Both the position numbers and the translations under genes were made by a program. This document shows, one piece after another, positions 46,970 to 57,972 of a stretch of DNA of 64,000 nt (within the stretch, counting starts at the first letter, position 1; every line of letters begins with the position of its first letter). The notes under the pieces were generated by a model, which had not been told where the DNA came from, made no database searches, and saw nothing but the letters and a program-made list of their open reading frames with translations. This DNA comes from Candidatus Latescibacterota bacterium (lineage in GTDB: Bacteria; Latescibacterota; UBA2968; GCA-2709665): NCBI GenBank assembly GCA_965116875.1, contig OZ220733.1:416001-480000 (forward strand), in the 5' to 3' direction.

Positions 46970-46993
46970 TTTTGAAGGCCTGCGACGCATTAG

Positions 46994-47073
46994 CAGCCCG
47001 TTGAAAAAGTCCATCCGGTCTACCTGCCAGGACTTCACTGGCAGACCTGCAGAGCGACTTTATCAACGGACTG
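46994..47073. mobile_element. MITE-like element family B, copy 2 (80 bp)
   Basis: CAGCCCGTTGAAAAAGTC ... GACTTTATCAACGGACTG; internal hairpin CTGCCAG..CTGGCAG. Confidence 0.65.
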
Positions 47074-47178
47074 TTTTGGAACGCCGCCCGGATTCCGGTT
47101 GTCTAAGGAGCACCGTAGACGCCCGATCCGGGCCGAATTACATCCGCCCGGACCGAATCCAATCTCATGGAGGTTTCA

Positions 47179-47652
47179 ATGACACGAAGCGAAAGGACGA
47201 CATGTCTGGCGCTGATTGCGTTCATCGTATTGGCGTTTGCCGTGGATGCGGCGGCACAGCCTGACCGGCGGGGCGGACGTGAACGGGGTCGGCGCGGAGG
47301 CGCGGCCCGTATCAGAATGATGTTGCCCCTGGAGCAGACGCTGAGCTTTCTGGCGTTTAACGACAAGATTGCGTTGAAAGACGAACAACTGATTCAAGTT
47401 CGAAACGCCCTTATGGAGATTCATGGACAGCGGGCCGAACTGCAGAATGAAATGCGGAATGGCGCCGACCGGCAAAAAATCATGGAGAAGCTCGGCCGCC
47501 TTCGCAGTTCGATGTTTGAGAAAGTCAAAGAAGTGCTGGACGACAGCCAGGATGAGATTCTGGATGGCTATCTGGAGAGAATGCGGCGAGGGTTTCAACG
47601 CGGGCGCGGCGGCGGCCGGCGGGGCGGCGGTCCACCGGGCGGCGGCGTTTGA
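47179..47652 (+). CDS. Secreted helical protein with Gly/Arg-rich tails (Spy/CpxP-like)
   Basis: Signal peptide; L.L.DEQL.QV and VL..SQ motifs; GGAGG RBS. Confidence 0.65.
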   Translation: MTRSERTTCLALIAFIVLAFAVDAAAQPDRRGGRERGRRGGAARIRMMLPLEQTLSFLAFNDKIALKDEQLIQVRNALMEIHGQRAELQNEMRNGADRQKIMEKLGRLRSSMFEKVKEVLDDSQDEILDGYLERMRRGFQRGRGGGRRGGGPPGGGV

Positions 47653-47661
47653 GGTTTTCCG

Positions 47662-49047
47662 ATGAATCTACAGGAGGTTGGCGAACGACTCGAGAAGCCC
47701 TTCACGTTTGCCGTGGTGGGCGACACGCACTTCTTACATCCCAGGTTCGGACAACCAGCGGCCGGGACCGGCAGTTCGTTTCGGCCCCTGCAGGTCGACC
47801 AGTACCTCGAAAGCGTTCAATATGTCCTGATGCCGATGATGGATTCCCTGAAGGAGGTTTCCCCGGAATTCCTGGTCATAACCGGAGACCTGGTGGAGGG
47901 GCATCACGACGTCGAACTCGCCGTTGATGAGATCAAGGAAGGGCTGGAATTTTTCGAGGGATACGGGATTCCCCTCCTGTTCGCGTGCGGAAACAGGGAC
48001 CGGGTTGAGGCATTCGACAGCGTTGTTCGCCCGTATCTGGGGCGCTGGTTGGACAGTACCCCCAGGGAGCGGTATTTCTTTCTTGACGTCGCCGGCTGCC
48101 GGCTTGTTTTCCTCGACACCCCCACGTGGAAGAGGAAAGGCGCACAACGGAAATGGCTGGAACTCACGTTGAGTGACCGGGAGGCCGCTGGAATCGATCG
48201 GACGTTTCTGTTCGGACATCATCCCGTCTGGCCGCTTGCACGGGCCTTTTTCACCAACATCGACCTCCATCTCGATTTACCCGAAATTCTACAGAAACAT
48301 CCTGTAGACGCTTATTTTTGCGGGCATACGCACAATCAGAACGTGTTGCTTCACCGTACGGACGGCCGACCGGTTCTGCAATGCATGTGCGCTTCAATCG
48401 GCCTGTCCAGTGAGATGCCAACGCCGCTGGATCGTGTGCAGGACGTGCTGCCGGATCCCCAGGACGTGCTGGCCTGCTGGCCAGGATACCTTGAGAATAC
48501 GGCGCCAGGATGGTTTATCGTTCAGGTGGGCCCGGACTCGGTTGAAACGTCGTGGCACCACTTGAACAGAGGTGTTGAGACACGACTCGTCTGGCATCGT
48601 CCCGGAAATCTCTCTGCATTCGAAAAAATGGACCATCCGCCGGATGCCCGGCTGATTTACGACGACTTGAATCATATTCGGCGCGCTTCCCTGCGGTTGT
48701 GTGGATGGCATGCGCTGCGCCAGGACAAAAAGGTGTTCCTCAACGGCGCGCTGGTTGGCAACCTCCCTCCCGCGAACGACTACGCGCCGGTCCGGATGGA
48801 TTTGCCGGCGGAATGCCTTGAACATCTGCGCATGGAGAACCGGCTCGAGATTCAGGTGCCGCGGAACGAGGCCTGTACGCTGGGCAACTTCATACTCGAA
48901 GCGGTCTTGCCGGGTGGGAGATTTGTGCGAACCCGCCCCACGGGGGAAATTTTCACCTGGTCCGACAGATGGGGTGCGTGGAATTCAAGCTGGCTGATGA
49001 AGATGAAACCGGGACGGCCGGCTTCAACATTGTTGTGTTTTCAATGA
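47662..49047 (+). CDS. Calcineurin-like metallophosphoesterase with C-terminal beta domain
   Basis: GDTH, GDLV, GNRD, GHHP, GHTH motifs. Confidence 0.8.
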   Translation: MNLQEVGERLEKPFTFAVVGDTHFLHPRFGQPAAGTGSSFRPLQVDQYLESVQYVLMPMMDSLKEVSPEFLVITGDLVEGHHDVELAVDEIKEGLEFFEGYGIPLLFACGNRDRVEAFDSVVRPYLGRWLDSTPRERYFFLDVAGCRLVFLDTPTWKRKGAQRKWLELTLSDREAAGIDRTFLFGHHPVWPLARAFFTNIDLHLDLPEILQKHPVDAYFCGHTHNQNVLLHRTDGRPVLQCMCASIGLSSEMPTPLDRVQDVLPDPQDVLACWPGYLENTAPGWFIVQVGPDSVETSWHHLNRGVETRLVWHRPGNLSAFEKMDHPPDARLIYDDLNHIRRASLRLCGWHALRQDKKVFLNGALVGNLPPANDYAPVRMDLPAECLEHLRMENRLEIQVPRNEACTLGNFILEAVLPGGRFVRTRPTGEIFTWSDRWGAWNSSWLMKMKPGRPASTLLCFQ

Positions 49048-49125
49048 GTTGACCTGCCCTGCGTCAGCGCCACCCACACCGGTGCGGAGGATGCGTCGCC
49101 GGACCTCAGGAGTTCGGAAGTCTCC

Positions 49126-51204
49126 ATGGACAGTCAGCGATCTGCAAACAGGCTGGTACACGAGACCAGTCCCTATCTGCTGCAACACGCGCACAACCCG
49201 GTAGACTGGTATCCGTGGGGCGACGAAGCCTTTGAACGGGCGAGGAATGCAGACCGGCCCATTTTCCTTAGTATCGGATACTCGGCATGTCACTGGTGCC
49301 ACGTGATGGAGAGGGAGTCGTTTGAGAACGAAGCAATCGCAGCCGTGATGAACCAGTTCTACGTTAACGTCAAGGTCGACCGCGAAGAACGTCCGGACGT
49401 GGACGAAATCTATATGAGCGCGGTACAGATGATGACCGGCGCCGGAGGATGGCCGATGAGCGTGTTTCTCACACCCGACGGAACACCGTTCTACGGCGGA
49501 ACCTACTTCCCTCCCGACAGCAGATATGGACGACCCGGATTCCCCGACCTGCTTCGCTCCGTGGCGACGCATTACAAGGAAAACAGGGGCAAAGTGGGAG
49601 AGACGGCAGAACGCCTGATGGCCGGTTTGAAACGGCTGACCGACCTGAGAAACCTTGATGGAGAGTTAACGGGAGAATTGTTCTCCGACGGGTATTCCCG
49701 GATTGCCCGCAATTTCGACTGGGAAAATGGAGGCTTCGGATCGCAGCCGAAATTTCCGAATTCCATGAATCTATCGGTCTTTCTGCGGGAATTTGAGAAA
49801 AGCGGAGATCGCAATGCATTGGATATGGCGCTTCTCACCCTGCGGAAGATGGCGCGGGGAGGGATATACGATCATCTGGGCGGCGGATTTCACCGGTATT
49901 CGGTTGACCATCGCTGGCTGGTCCCCCACTTCGAGAAAATGCTGTATGACAATGCCCTGTTGACCCCGCTCTATCTGGAAGCCTTCCAACACTCCGGAGA
50001 GCCGCTGTTTCGGCAGATTGTGCAGGAAACACTGTCCTATGTCATTCGTGAAATGACCGATCTGCAAGGCGGATTCTACTCCACTCAGGACGCGGACAGC
50101 GAAGGGGAGGAGGGCAGGTTTTTCGTCTGGGACCAGGAGGAGGTGAACGCACTGCTGGGCCAGGAAGAGGGCCGATTGTTCTGCCGGTACTTCGATGTCC
50201 GCCCGGAGGGTAATTTTGAACACGGGAAGAGCATTCTGAATATTCCGGTTGAAGCGCCTGAATTGGCCAGATTCCTGGACGTGGACCTGGAGCGCCTGGA
50301 CGGTGTGACGCGGCGCGGACGGGAGGTATTGGCAGAGGTCCGCGAGAGGAGGACCAGGCCGGACCGGGACGAAAAAATCCAGGTGAACTGGAACGGGCTG
50401 ATGATCTCGGCTTTTGCGCATGCCTATCAGGTTCTCGGACAACCGGAGTATCTGGAGGCGGCACAGAACGCTGCCCGCTTCATACTCGACAACATGGTGA
50501 CGGAGTCCGGATGTCTACTGCACACGTACAACGCCGGGCGGGCGCGGTTCCCGGGCTACCAGGACGACTATGCCTTTTTCAGCAGCGGACTGCTCGACCT
50601 CTATGAGGCCTGCTTCGACCCTCGATGGCTGAATGCGGCAGAGACGCTCACGGAGACGATGCTCCGGGAATTCTGGGATCCGGAGCAGGGTGGTTTCTTC
50701 TTTACCGGAGGGTCGAATGAAAAGCTGATCGTCCGCTCAAAGAACCCGTACGACAACGCAATCCCCTCCGGAAATTCGATGGCCGTTGTCTCGCTGATGC
50801 GCCTGGGTACGATTCTCGACCGGCCGGATCTGTGGAAAAAGGCGGAGCAGACGCTGAAGCTGTTCGAACCGATGCTCAGAGAAATGCCGTCCGGATTCGG
50901 CCAGATGCTTTGCGGCCTGGATACCTTCACCAGACGTCCGTTTGAGATCGTACTGGTGGGCGATCCGGAGGATTCAGCGACGAAAGATCTCCTGAAGACG
51001 GCATACGGACGCCCGGCATCCAGCCGTGTGATCGTTCTTGCGGGTCCGGACGAGAGAGAAGATCTGTCACGGCGCATTCCATTGCTTTCCGACAAGAAGG
51101 CGGTCAATGGAAAACCTACCGCGTACGTGTGCAGAAATTCGGTCTGTTCGGCGCCGGTGACAACACATACCGAACTGGACGCATTGTTGCGGAAACCATC
51201 GTGA
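49126..51204 (+). CDS. Thioredoxin-domain protein, YyaL/SSP411 (DUF255) family
   Basis: [46 protein letters not shown]. Confidence 0.92.
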   Translation: MDSQRSANRLVHETSPYLLQHAHNPVDWYPWGDEAFERARNADRPIFLSIGYSACHWCHVMERESFENEAIAAVMNQFYVNVKVDREERPDVDEIYMSAVQMMTGAGGWPMSVFLTPDGTPFYGGTYFPPDSRYGRPGFPDLLRSVATHYKENRGKVGETAERLMAGLKRLTDLRNLDGELTGELFSDGYSRIARNFDWENGGFGSQPKFPNSMNLSVFLREFEKSGDRNALDMALLTLRKMARGGIYDHLGGGFHRYSVDHRWLVPHFEKMLYDNALLTPLYLEAFQHSGEPLFRQIVQETLSYVIREMTDLQGGFYSTQDADSEGEEGRFFVWDQEEVNALLGQEEGRLFCRYFDVRPEGNFEHGKSILNIPVEAPELARFLDVDLERLDGVTRRGREVLAEVRERRTRPDRDEKIQVNWNGLMISAFAHAYQVLGQPEYLEAAQNAARFILDNMVTESGCLLHTYNAGRARFPGYQDDYAFFSSGLLDLYEACFDPRWLNAAETLTETMLREFWDPEQGGFFFTGGSNEKLIVRSKNPYDNAIPSGNSMAVVSLMRLGTILDRPDLWKKAEQTLKLFEPMLREMPSGFGQMLCGLDTFTRRPFEIVLVGDPEDSATKDLLKTAYGRPASSRVIVLAGPDEREDLSRRIPLLSDKKAVNGKPTAYVCRNSVCSAPVTTHTELDALLRKPS

Positions 51205-51233
51205 GGAGAACAGAATACAGACAGGAGGATGAG

Positions 51234-51779
51234 ATGGCATCGGTATTGGTGGTAGGAGATGGTCCGGGCGGTCTGAGCGCCGCCCTGTTTCTGGCCAAGA
51301 ACGGCATGGATGTCGCCGTGTTCGGTCAAAATACAACCCCCATGCATAAGGCCATGCTGTACAACTATCTGGGGATTCCCGAGTTGACCGGGACCGAATT
51401 TCAACGCATCTCCCGGAATCAGGTCGCGGCACAGGGTGCAAGCATTGAGGACGTGCAGGTCGCGGGAATCGAAAAGACCCCGAGCGGATTCACGTTGACC
51501 ACGGAGGGCGGGGTCACCCGCGAAGGGCAATATCTGATACTGGCCGCCGGCACCAACGTGAAACTCGGCGTGAGTATCGGTCTGGAAAGAGGCCCGGATG
51601 GGCTGGAATGCGACAGGGACGGACGTACGTCGGTTGAAGGACTCTACGTTGTGGGATGGAGTACGCGGCTGCGCAAGACGCAGGCGATTATTTCCGCCGG
51701 CCAGGGCGCGTCCGCCGCGCTCGATATTCTGTCAATTGAGGCTGGCGAGGACGTACACGATTTCGACGTGGTGTCGTGA
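51234..51779 (+). CDS. Short thioredoxin-reductase-like FAD-binding protein
   Basis: VVGDGPGGLSAALFL, NYLG, TSVEGLYVVG, QAIISAGQG; no NADPH domain or CxxC. Confidence 0.75.
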   Translation: MASVLVVGDGPGGLSAALFLAKNGMDVAVFGQNTTPMHKAMLYNYLGIPELTGTEFQRISRNQVAAQGASIEDVQVAGIEKTPSGFTLTTEGGVTREGQYLILAAGTNVKLGVSIGLERGPDGLECDRDGRTSVEGLYVVGWSTRLRKTQAIISAGQGASAALDILSIEAGEDVHDFDVVS

Positions 51780-51886
51780 AACTCCCTGTAGATGCACCCT
51801 CGTGAGCTTCGCCCATCGAAGGCACGGCGGCGGGCCGGCAGGGGTTGAAACGGTTCCACCGGTGTCCGTGCAATTCCTTCGTGTGG

Positions 51887-52456
51887 TCAAAAGTACCTGG
51901 GTGTCTTTCGGGGCGCGGCCGGTTTCGGAGGCGCCTCGTTTTCAGGGATGCCGTGGCTTTCGATGATGCCGCGAACCACGTGGACCGGAAGGCCCATTCG
52001 AACGGCCAGCGCCATTGAATCACTTGGACGCGCGTCCATTTTGAACGTCGTTCCATCCGGACCCTGCAGGGTGAGTACGGCGAAATATGTACTCCCCAGA
52101 CCCCCTTCTTCCAGTGGGCGAAGTTCGTCGATGACAATGGATTTGAGACGGACACCGGCCTCTTGCAGCACATTGTGGAACAGATCGTGGGTGAACGGGC
52201 GGGGAAACGTCTCGTCCTTCAGCTTGCGCCAGATTGCCATCGCTTCGCAGGGACCGATCCATATCGGCAGAAGTCGTGCGGTCTCGCTGTTTCGCAGAAA
52301 AACGATGTATTGATCTTCAGAATCCCGCCCGACCTGATGGACCTCGGTCCTGACCAGGTCCTTTTCCGATGGATGTGCGGCAGGCGCGAGGACACCGCCC
52401 AGACACAAACATGAAGCGCAGAAGTACATCGCCGCAGAACGGGTTCTATCGTACAT
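51887..52456 (-). CDS. Bifunctional nuclease (DUF151/BFN) domain protein with possible signal peptide
   Basis: LPIWIG..EA.AI, RPFTHDL, DARPSD..ALA. Confidence 0.85.
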   Translation of the reverse strand: MYDRTRSAAMYFCASCLCLGGVLAPAAHPSEKDLVRTEVHQVGRDSEDQYIVFLRNSETARLLPIWIGPCEAMAIWRKLKDETFPRPFTHDLFHNVLQEAGVRLKSIVIDELRPLEEGGLGSTYFAVLTLQGPDGTTFKMDARPSDSMALAVRMGLPVHVVRGIIESHGIPENEAPPKPAAPRKTPRYF

Positions 52457-52572
52457 TACAATTCCTTTCGGTGCGTGAGAAGCCGGCGCTGACCGGCGGG
52501 TTCACAGTGGGTTTCGTGAATATACGCCTGCGCCTACCACGGAGCAATTCGAATTTTCGACATCGGGACTGA

Positions 52573-52681
52573 GAAGCTGTCGCAGACTTCCCGGCGGTCT
52601 TCGCACCTGCCTGGCGCCGCAGGCAAGGCAGGCGGCTGCAAAGCGGCGGTCGGGAATTCACCGGTACCTTGAAAACAGCCT
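52573..52681. mobile_element. MITE-like element family A, internally deleted variant with nested palindrome
   Basis: GAAGCTGTC..TTCCCGGCGGTCTTCGCA, insert CCTGCCTGGCGCCGCAGGCAAGGCAGG, then CGGCTGCAAAGCG..TCGGGAATTCACCGGT..TTGAAAACAGCC. Confidence 0.65.
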
Positions 52682-52695
52682 GCGGAGTTTGTGGG

Positions 52696-52724
52696 TTGAC
52701 AAGTTCTGTTGAATGTGCTATCTT
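52696..52724 (+). promoter_or_regulatory. Sigma70 promoter for the yicC-gmk-rpoZ-coaBC-udg-dnaB cluster
   Basis: TTGACA-N17-TATCTT with TG upstream of the -10. Confidence 0.7.
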
Positions 52725-52776
52725 TTTGAGTTTCACAATTTTACACGAGTTGTTCGTTGTAGAGCCGGGAGAACGC

Positions 52777-53655
52777 ATGGTTGTCAGCATGACGGGTTTC
52801 GGGAGGGGAGAAGTCGAAACCGACGGCTATCGGGCGTCGGTGGAGTTGCGGTCTGTCAACGGGCGCTACGGCGAGGTATCTGTCCATCTGCCCAGACATC
52901 TGTCTCCCCTTGAACAAAGGATCAGGGACCTCGTACTCTCGGTTTTCTCCCGCGGCCACATACGCGTCTCGTTGAATGTGGCTGGCGACGCGCTTGGACA
53001 GGGAATCCCGGTTCTGAACGAACGTGTCTTCGAGGGATACCGGGACGGGCTTGCCCGGCTGCAATCTCGCCTGGGGGTTTCGATTGCACCTGATCCCCTG
53101 CAGGTTGCTTTGATGCCGAATGTCTTCGAGTTCGAGTCCGACGCACCGGATCTGGACGCCGTCTGGAAGGCGGTTGCGCCGGCCTGTGAACAGGCCGTTG
53201 CCCAATGCCAGTCGATGCGCGCCGCGGAAGGTAAGCAGCTGGCCGCGGATCTCGTCCATCGCATCCATCTTCTCCAGGATCTGATCGAAAAGATAGAGGA
53301 ACTGGCGCCCGGACAGGTGGAGTCCGCGCGCAGGAGGATCGACGAGAAACTCCGTGAACTCATCGCTCCGGAGAATGTCGACCAGAACCGCCTCCTTACG
53401 GAGGTCGCCCTCCTCTCGGAACGCATCGATATTACCGAGGAAACGGTCCGCTTCCACAGTCACAACGAACAGTTTTTAAAGACGCTCGACCGCGAAGAGC
53501 CGGTCGGCAGGCGCCTGAACTTTCTTCTCCAGGAGATGCTCCGCGAGGCGAACACAATCGGGTCCAAGGCCGGCGACGCGGAAATTGCGCATCTGGTGGT
53601 CGGGGTCAAGGAAGAGATCGAGAAGCTCAAAGAACAGGTACAAAACATAGAATAA
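52777..53655 (+). CDS. yicC: YicC/YloC family endoribonuclease
   Basis: SMTGFG, ELRSVN.RY, DITEE..RF.SH, GRRLNFLLQEM.REANTIGSK, EQVQNIE. Confidence 0.93.
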   Translation: MVVSMTGFGRGEVETDGYRASVELRSVNGRYGEVSVHLPRHLSPLEQRIRDLVLSVFSRGHIRVSLNVAGDALGQGIPVLNERVFEGYRDGLARLQSRLGVSIAPDPLQVALMPNVFEFESDAPDLDAVWKAVAPACEQAVAQCQSMRAAEGKQLAADLVHRIHLLQDLIEKIEELAPGQVESARRRIDEKLRELIAPENVDQNRLLTEVALLSERIDITEETVRFHSHNEQFLKTLDREEPVGRRLNFLLQEMLREANTIGSKAGDAEIAHLVVGVKEEIEKLKEQVQNIE

Positions 53656-53675
53656 CGGCATGGTCGGTTCCACAG

Positions 53676-54341
53676 ATGGAAAAGCCATTCGGAATTGAGG
53701 CCCTTCAACACCAACTCGATCGCCATCCCGATTCGTTCGTGGTGGTACTCTCGGGCCCCGCGGGTGCGGGAAAAACATCCATCCGACAGGGACTCCTGGA
53801 ACGCGATCACACGCTGCGGCGATGCGTGACCACCACCACGCGCGAAAAACGCCATAACGAGACGGACGGCGTCGACTACCATTTCGTTTCGGAGGATGCG
53901 TTTCGTTCCGGGCTGGAAGAAGGTTGTTTCTTCGAATATGCGGAGGTATACGGCTTCCTATATGGCGCAACGTTCAGGGCGATTGCCCGCGCAATTGGAA
54001 AACACGGCGTCGTGCTGCTCGTGGTAGACGTGAAGGGCGCGGCTGCGTGGAAGCGATTGCTGAAGGAACGGTGCGTAAGCGTGTTCGTGCTCCCGCCATC
54101 GCACAAGGCGCTTGAACAGCGCCTGGGTGGGCGCAGGACCGAAACGGCTGCGGCCTTGAAGCGCAGGCTGGAGAACGCAGGGTCTGAACTTGACAGAGCC
54201 ATGGAGTTCGATCATCTCGTCGTCAACGGCGACCTGGATCGTGCCATATCCGACGTGCAGGAACTGATTCGCGTTGAACGGCGCAGGCCATGGCGATCGC
54301 GTCATCTACTCGATGAATTCGGGCGCCTGAATGTGACTTAG
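53676..54341 (+). CDS. gmk: Guanylate kinase
   Basis: SGPAGAGKT, TTR..R..E.DGVDYHFV, YG..YG, FVLPPS. Confidence 0.93.
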   Translation: MEKPFGIEALQHQLDRHPDSFVVVLSGPAGAGKTSIRQGLLERDHTLRRCVTTTTREKRHNETDGVDYHFVSEDAFRSGLEEGCFFEYAEVYGFLYGATFRAIARAIGKHGVVLLVVDVKGAAAWKRLLKERCVSVFVLPPSHKALEQRLGGRRTETAAALKRRLENAGSELDRAMEFDHLVVNGDLDRAISDVQELIRVERRRPWRSRHLLDEFGRLNVT

Positions 54342-54357
54342 CAGCCCGTTGAGGAAG
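54339..54357. mobile_element. Remnant left end of MITE family B at the gmk stop codon
   Basis: TAGCAGCCCGTTGA is identical to 46991-47004. Confidence 0.4.
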
Positions 54358-54459
54358 AATTGCGGCAGGAAGGCAGATCCATTCACGCATACGCGCGTAA
54401 AAAATCCCGTGGTCGATCCACGGAAACCACGCCCCATACAGACGGAGGATTTCGTCCAA

Positions 54460-54720
54460 ATGTCACGGATTTTCTTTCTCGAAGAGATCAGCAACGACGC
54501 CGTAAACCCATACGAGGCGGTCAGCGCCGCGTCGAGAGAGTCCCGCCGGATCAACCAGGCCCGGATGGCGAGAGACGTTTCGGGCGAGGCGGAAAAACCT
54601 ACGACGCTGTCGCTGGATCGTCTTTCGACGGGAAAAGTGAAAATTTCGTACGACGTCGATGAGGAAATGGAAACGGAAGATGGCAATGCAGTCAAAGATG
54701 AGGGTCCTGCTGGGAATTAG
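54460..54720 (+). CDS. rpoZ: RNA polymerase omega subunit
   Basis: N.YEAV..AS.E.RRIN..KPTT.SL..L..GKV pattern; conserved position between gmk and coaBC; GGAGG RBS. Confidence 0.75.
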   Translation: MSRIFFLEEISNDAVNPYEAVSAASRESRRINQARMARDVSGEAEKPTTLSLDRLSTGKVKISYDVDEEMETEDGNAVKDEGPAGN

Positions 54721-55876
54721 CGGCGGGATTGCCGCCTACAAGGCCGTTGAAGTACTTCGCGACCTGCAGCGTGAAGGCGCCGAAGTGCGTGTGGCGATGA
54801 CAGCGGCGGCGCTGAAGTTCATCCAACCGCTGACGTTTGAGGCGCTCTCGGGCCACCGTGTCTACACCGAGCTGTTTCCTGAGACGGGAGACCCGGAGGT
54901 CATTCACGTCAAGCTTGGCGAATGGCCCAACCTGATTCTGATTGCGCCCGCGACGGCCAATGTGATTGGCAAGATGGCCAACGGCCTGGCAGACGATCTG
55001 CTGACGTGCACCGTGCTTTCCAGCGAGGCGCCCGTGATGTTGGCGCCGGCAATGGAAACGGGAATGTACCGCCACCCTGCGTTCCAGCGAAATCTCCAGC
55101 GACTTGCCGATATGGGATATTGCCTGATCGGTCCCGAAGAAGGCGCGCTTGCTTCCGGCCGCAGCGGAATGGGCCGGCTCGCGGAACCGCGGCGAATTGT
55201 CGCTGAAGCCGTCTCCGCCGTGTTGACGTCTGGAGATCTTGCGGGTCGAAAGATCGTCGTTACGGGAGGTCGGACGGAAGAAGACATCGACCCGGTTCGC
55301 TTTATCACGAATCGATCCACCGGAAAGATGGGGTACGCGGTAGCCCGCCGCGCCAGGCAGCGTGGCGCGGAAGTCGTTCTGGTGAGCGGCCCGGGCAATC
55401 TGGATCCGCCCGCTGGCGTGGACCTGATTCGAGTGAGAACGGTTTCCGAACTGCGTGCGGCGACCGAATCGGAATTTGAGGGTGCGGATGCCCTTGTCAT
55501 GACCGCGGCCGTTCTGGACTTCAGGCCTCGAGTCGTCTCCAACGCAAAAATTAAGAAGAACGCCAACGGGCTCACGCTGGATCTGGTTGCGAATGAAGAC
55601 TTTCTGGTGGGCCTGGGCGCCCGGAAGAATGGCCGGATCGTGGTTGGATTCGCGATGGAAACGGAGAATGGGCTGTCGAACGCAAGAAAGAAACTCGAAG
55701 AGAAATACCTCGATTTAATCGTATTGAACGATCTGAACGTTTCCGGCGCCGGGTTCGGAGTGGACACCAATGTGGTCACGCTGATCGACGGGGGCGAGGC
55801 GGAACCGTTGCCGAAAATGTCCAAGCTCGAGGTTGCAGACCGGATTCTGGATTGGGTGAAAGAACGGTGGACCTAG
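54680..55876 (+). CDS. coaBC: Bifunctional phosphopantothenoylcysteine decarboxylase/ligase
   Basis: GISGGIAAYKA, APATAN, APAM, GRLAEP, IDPVRFITNRSTGKMG, GFAMET. Confidence 0.95.
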   Translation: MAMQSKMRVLLGISGGIAAYKAVEVLRDLQREGAEVRVAMTAAALKFIQPLTFEALSGHRVYTELFPETGDPEVIHVKLGEWPNLILIAPATANVIGKMANGLADDLLTCTVLSSEAPVMLAPAMETGMYRHPAFQRNLQRLADMGYCLIGPEEGALASGRSGMGRLAEPRRIVAEAVSAVLTSGDLAGRKIVVTGGRTEEDIDPVRFITNRSTGKMGYAVARRARQRGAEVVLVSGPGNLDPPAGVDLIRVRTVSELRAATESEFEGADALVMTAAVLDFRPRVVSNAKIKKNANGLTLDLVANEDFLVGLGARKNGRIVVGFAMETENGLSNARKKLEEKYLDLIVLNDLNVSGAGFGVDTNVVTLIDGGEAEPLPKMSKLEVADRILDWVKERWT

Positions 55877-56532
55877 ACGTTGAGACAGAAGCGACGCTGG
55901 ACGCCGTCCGGGCGTTCGTTGAAACGCAGGCGGAATTCGGCCTGAGTGAGTTCAGGCTCCCGCGCACCGACGAGGATGCACGGCTTACCGACTTTCACGA
56001 ATCGATCCGCGACTGCCGGATGTGCGGTCTCTGTGAGAGCCGGCGCACCGTTGTCTTTGGAAGCGGCAATCCGGACGCAGGTCTGATGTTTATCGGCGAA
56101 GCGCCCGGGGCGGAAGAAGACAGGAAGGGACTGCCGTTCGTCGGCCCGGCCGGAGAACTGCTCACCCGCATGATCGAGGCCATCGGGTTTCAGCGTGACG
56201 AGGTCTATATTGCGAATGTCATCAAATGCAGGCCGCCGGGTAACCGGGACCCGAAGCCCGAAGAAGTGCAGACGTGCAGGCCCTTCCTCGAACGGCAGAT
56301 CGAGCTCATACAGCCGGTTGCAATCTGCGCCCTCGGTCTATTCGCCGCGCGGACCCTGTTGGAAACCGATGAACCGATGGGCAGCCTGCGGGGTCGGCAG
56401 TTTTCCTACCGCGGCATTCATCTGATTCCCACCTACCACCCTGCCGCGCTCCTTCGAAATCGGCAGTGGAAGCGCACCGCCTGGGAGGATTTACAACTGC
56501 TCAGGCGCGTGTACGACAGCGCGGCCGGATAG
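55867..56532 (+). CDS. udg: Uracil-DNA glycosylase family 4
   Basis: [40 protein letters not shown]. Confidence 0.92.
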   Translation: MDLDVETEATLDAVRAFVETQAEFGLSEFRLPRTDEDARLTDFHESIRDCRMCGLCESRRTVVFGSGNPDAGLMFIGEAPGAEEDRKGLPFVGPAGELLTRMIEAIGFQRDEVYIANVIKCRPPGNRDPKPEEVQTCRPFLERQIELIQPVAICALGLFAARTLLETDEPMGSLRGRQFSYRGIHLIPTYHPAALLRNRQWKRTAWEDLQLLRRVYDSAAG

Positions 56533-56592
56533 GTGCATCCACGTGTCCCGCAACCCGGTGTTCGGACACGGTTTCCTTTAGCTATTGATCCC

Positions 56593-57972
56593 ATGGCTTC
56601 CCAACCAACAAGCGCACAGACAGCCGCCGATCGTCCCCGGCCCCAGGCGCTGGAGGTCGAACGGGCAGTGCTGGGCGCCATGTTCATTGACAACGCGTCC
56701 ATAAGCCATGTGACCGAGGTCCTTGGCGACGAGACGGCGTTTTACCATACGGCGAACCGCCGGGTCTACGCGGCCATACTCGCGCTGTCGGAGCGGGGAC
56801 TGCCGGTTGACGAAGTGACGGTTGCGGAAGAACTGAAGCGCCGCGGTCAATTCGAAGACGTGGGCGGATACGCCTACGTTGCCAGCCTGGGCGGCGAGAT
56901 GGCGACCAGTGCGAACGCGGAATTCCACGCCAGGATCGTGCTGGAGCGCGCCCAGCGCCGCAGGCTGATCGACGTGTCCACGCAAACGATCGCGGAGTGT
57001 TATGACGAGGCGGAAGAGGTCAACGACGTCATCGACAGGGCCGAGCAGCGAGTATTCCGGATCGCGGAAGGCGGTCTCGGACAGGGCGTTGTGCCGCTGC
57101 AGTCCAAATTGCACGAGACGATTGAACACATTGAAAAGGTCCAGAAACAGGAAGGCGCCCTTTCGGGCGTTACCACCGGATACGTTGAACTTGACAGGAA
57201 AACGGCCGGGCTGCAGCCTTCCGATCTGATCATCATCGCGTCGCGCCCTTCAATGGGAAAAACGGCGTTGACGCTCTGTATGGCGCGAAATGCCGCCGTT
57301 GCGGAGGCAATTCCGGTACTCTACTTCTCTCTGGAAATGAGTATGCAGCAACTCGCGATACGTTTGCTCTGCGCCGAAGCCCGGGTGAATTCGCATCGAC
57401 TGCGCACCGAGAAGCTCTCGGACGAAGAGTGGGAGCGGATGGTAACCTGGACCGGAAAACTGTCGCAGGCGCCGTTATTCATTGACGACACGCCGGGCAT
57501 CTCCGTAATGGAGCTGCGCGCGAAAGCCCGCCGCGCTAAATTGGAGCACGGCATCGGCATGATCGTGGTGGATTACCTCCAGCTGATGACAACCTCAGCA
57601 CGAGTGGACAACCGGGAACAGGAAATCGCGAGTATTTCGCGATCGCTCAAGGCGCTGGCCAAGGAACTCGACCTGCCCGTCGTTGCATGTGCGCAGTTGT
57701 CCCGCGCGGTCGAGTCCCGTACGGACAGACGGCCGCTGCTTTCCGACTTGCGCGAGAGCGGCAGCATCGAACAGGACGCCGACGTGGTCGCGTTTCTCTA
57801 TCGGCCGGAGGTGTACGGAATACCCGATGAAGAGGGCAATCCACAACCGGACAAGGCCGAGCTCATTATCGGCAAGCAACGCAATGGACCGACCGGAAGC
57901 GTGAACCTGAGGTTCATGAGCGATTATTTGAGATTTGAAGAATACGAGACGTACCGCGACGATCCTTTTTAA
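56593..57972 (+). CDS. dnaB: Replicative DNA helicase
   Basis: E.AVLG, SRPSMGKT, FSLEM, VDYLQL, QLSR, DLRESGSIEQDAD, KQRNGPTG; no intein. Confidence 0.97.
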   Translation: MASQPTSAQTAADRPRPQALEVERAVLGAMFIDNASISHVTEVLGDETAFYHTANRRVYAAILALSERGLPVDEVTVAEELKRRGQFEDVGGYAYVASLGGEMATSANAEFHARIVLERAQRRRLIDVSTQTIAECYDEAEEVNDVIDRAEQRVFRIAEGGLGQGVVPLQSKLHETIEHIEKVQKQEGALSGVTTGYVELDRKTAGLQPSDLIIIASRPSMGKTALTLCMARNAAVAEAIPVLYFSLEMSMQQLAIRLLCAEARVNSHRLRTEKLSDEEWERMVTWTGKLSQAPLFIDDTPGISVMELRAKARRAKLEHGIGMIVVDYLQLMTTSARVDNREQEIASISRSLKALAKELDLPVVACAQLSRAVESRTDRRPLLSDLRESGSIEQDADVVAFLYRPEVYGIPDEEGNPQPDKAELIIGKQRNGPTGSVNLRFMSDYLRFEEYETYRDDPF

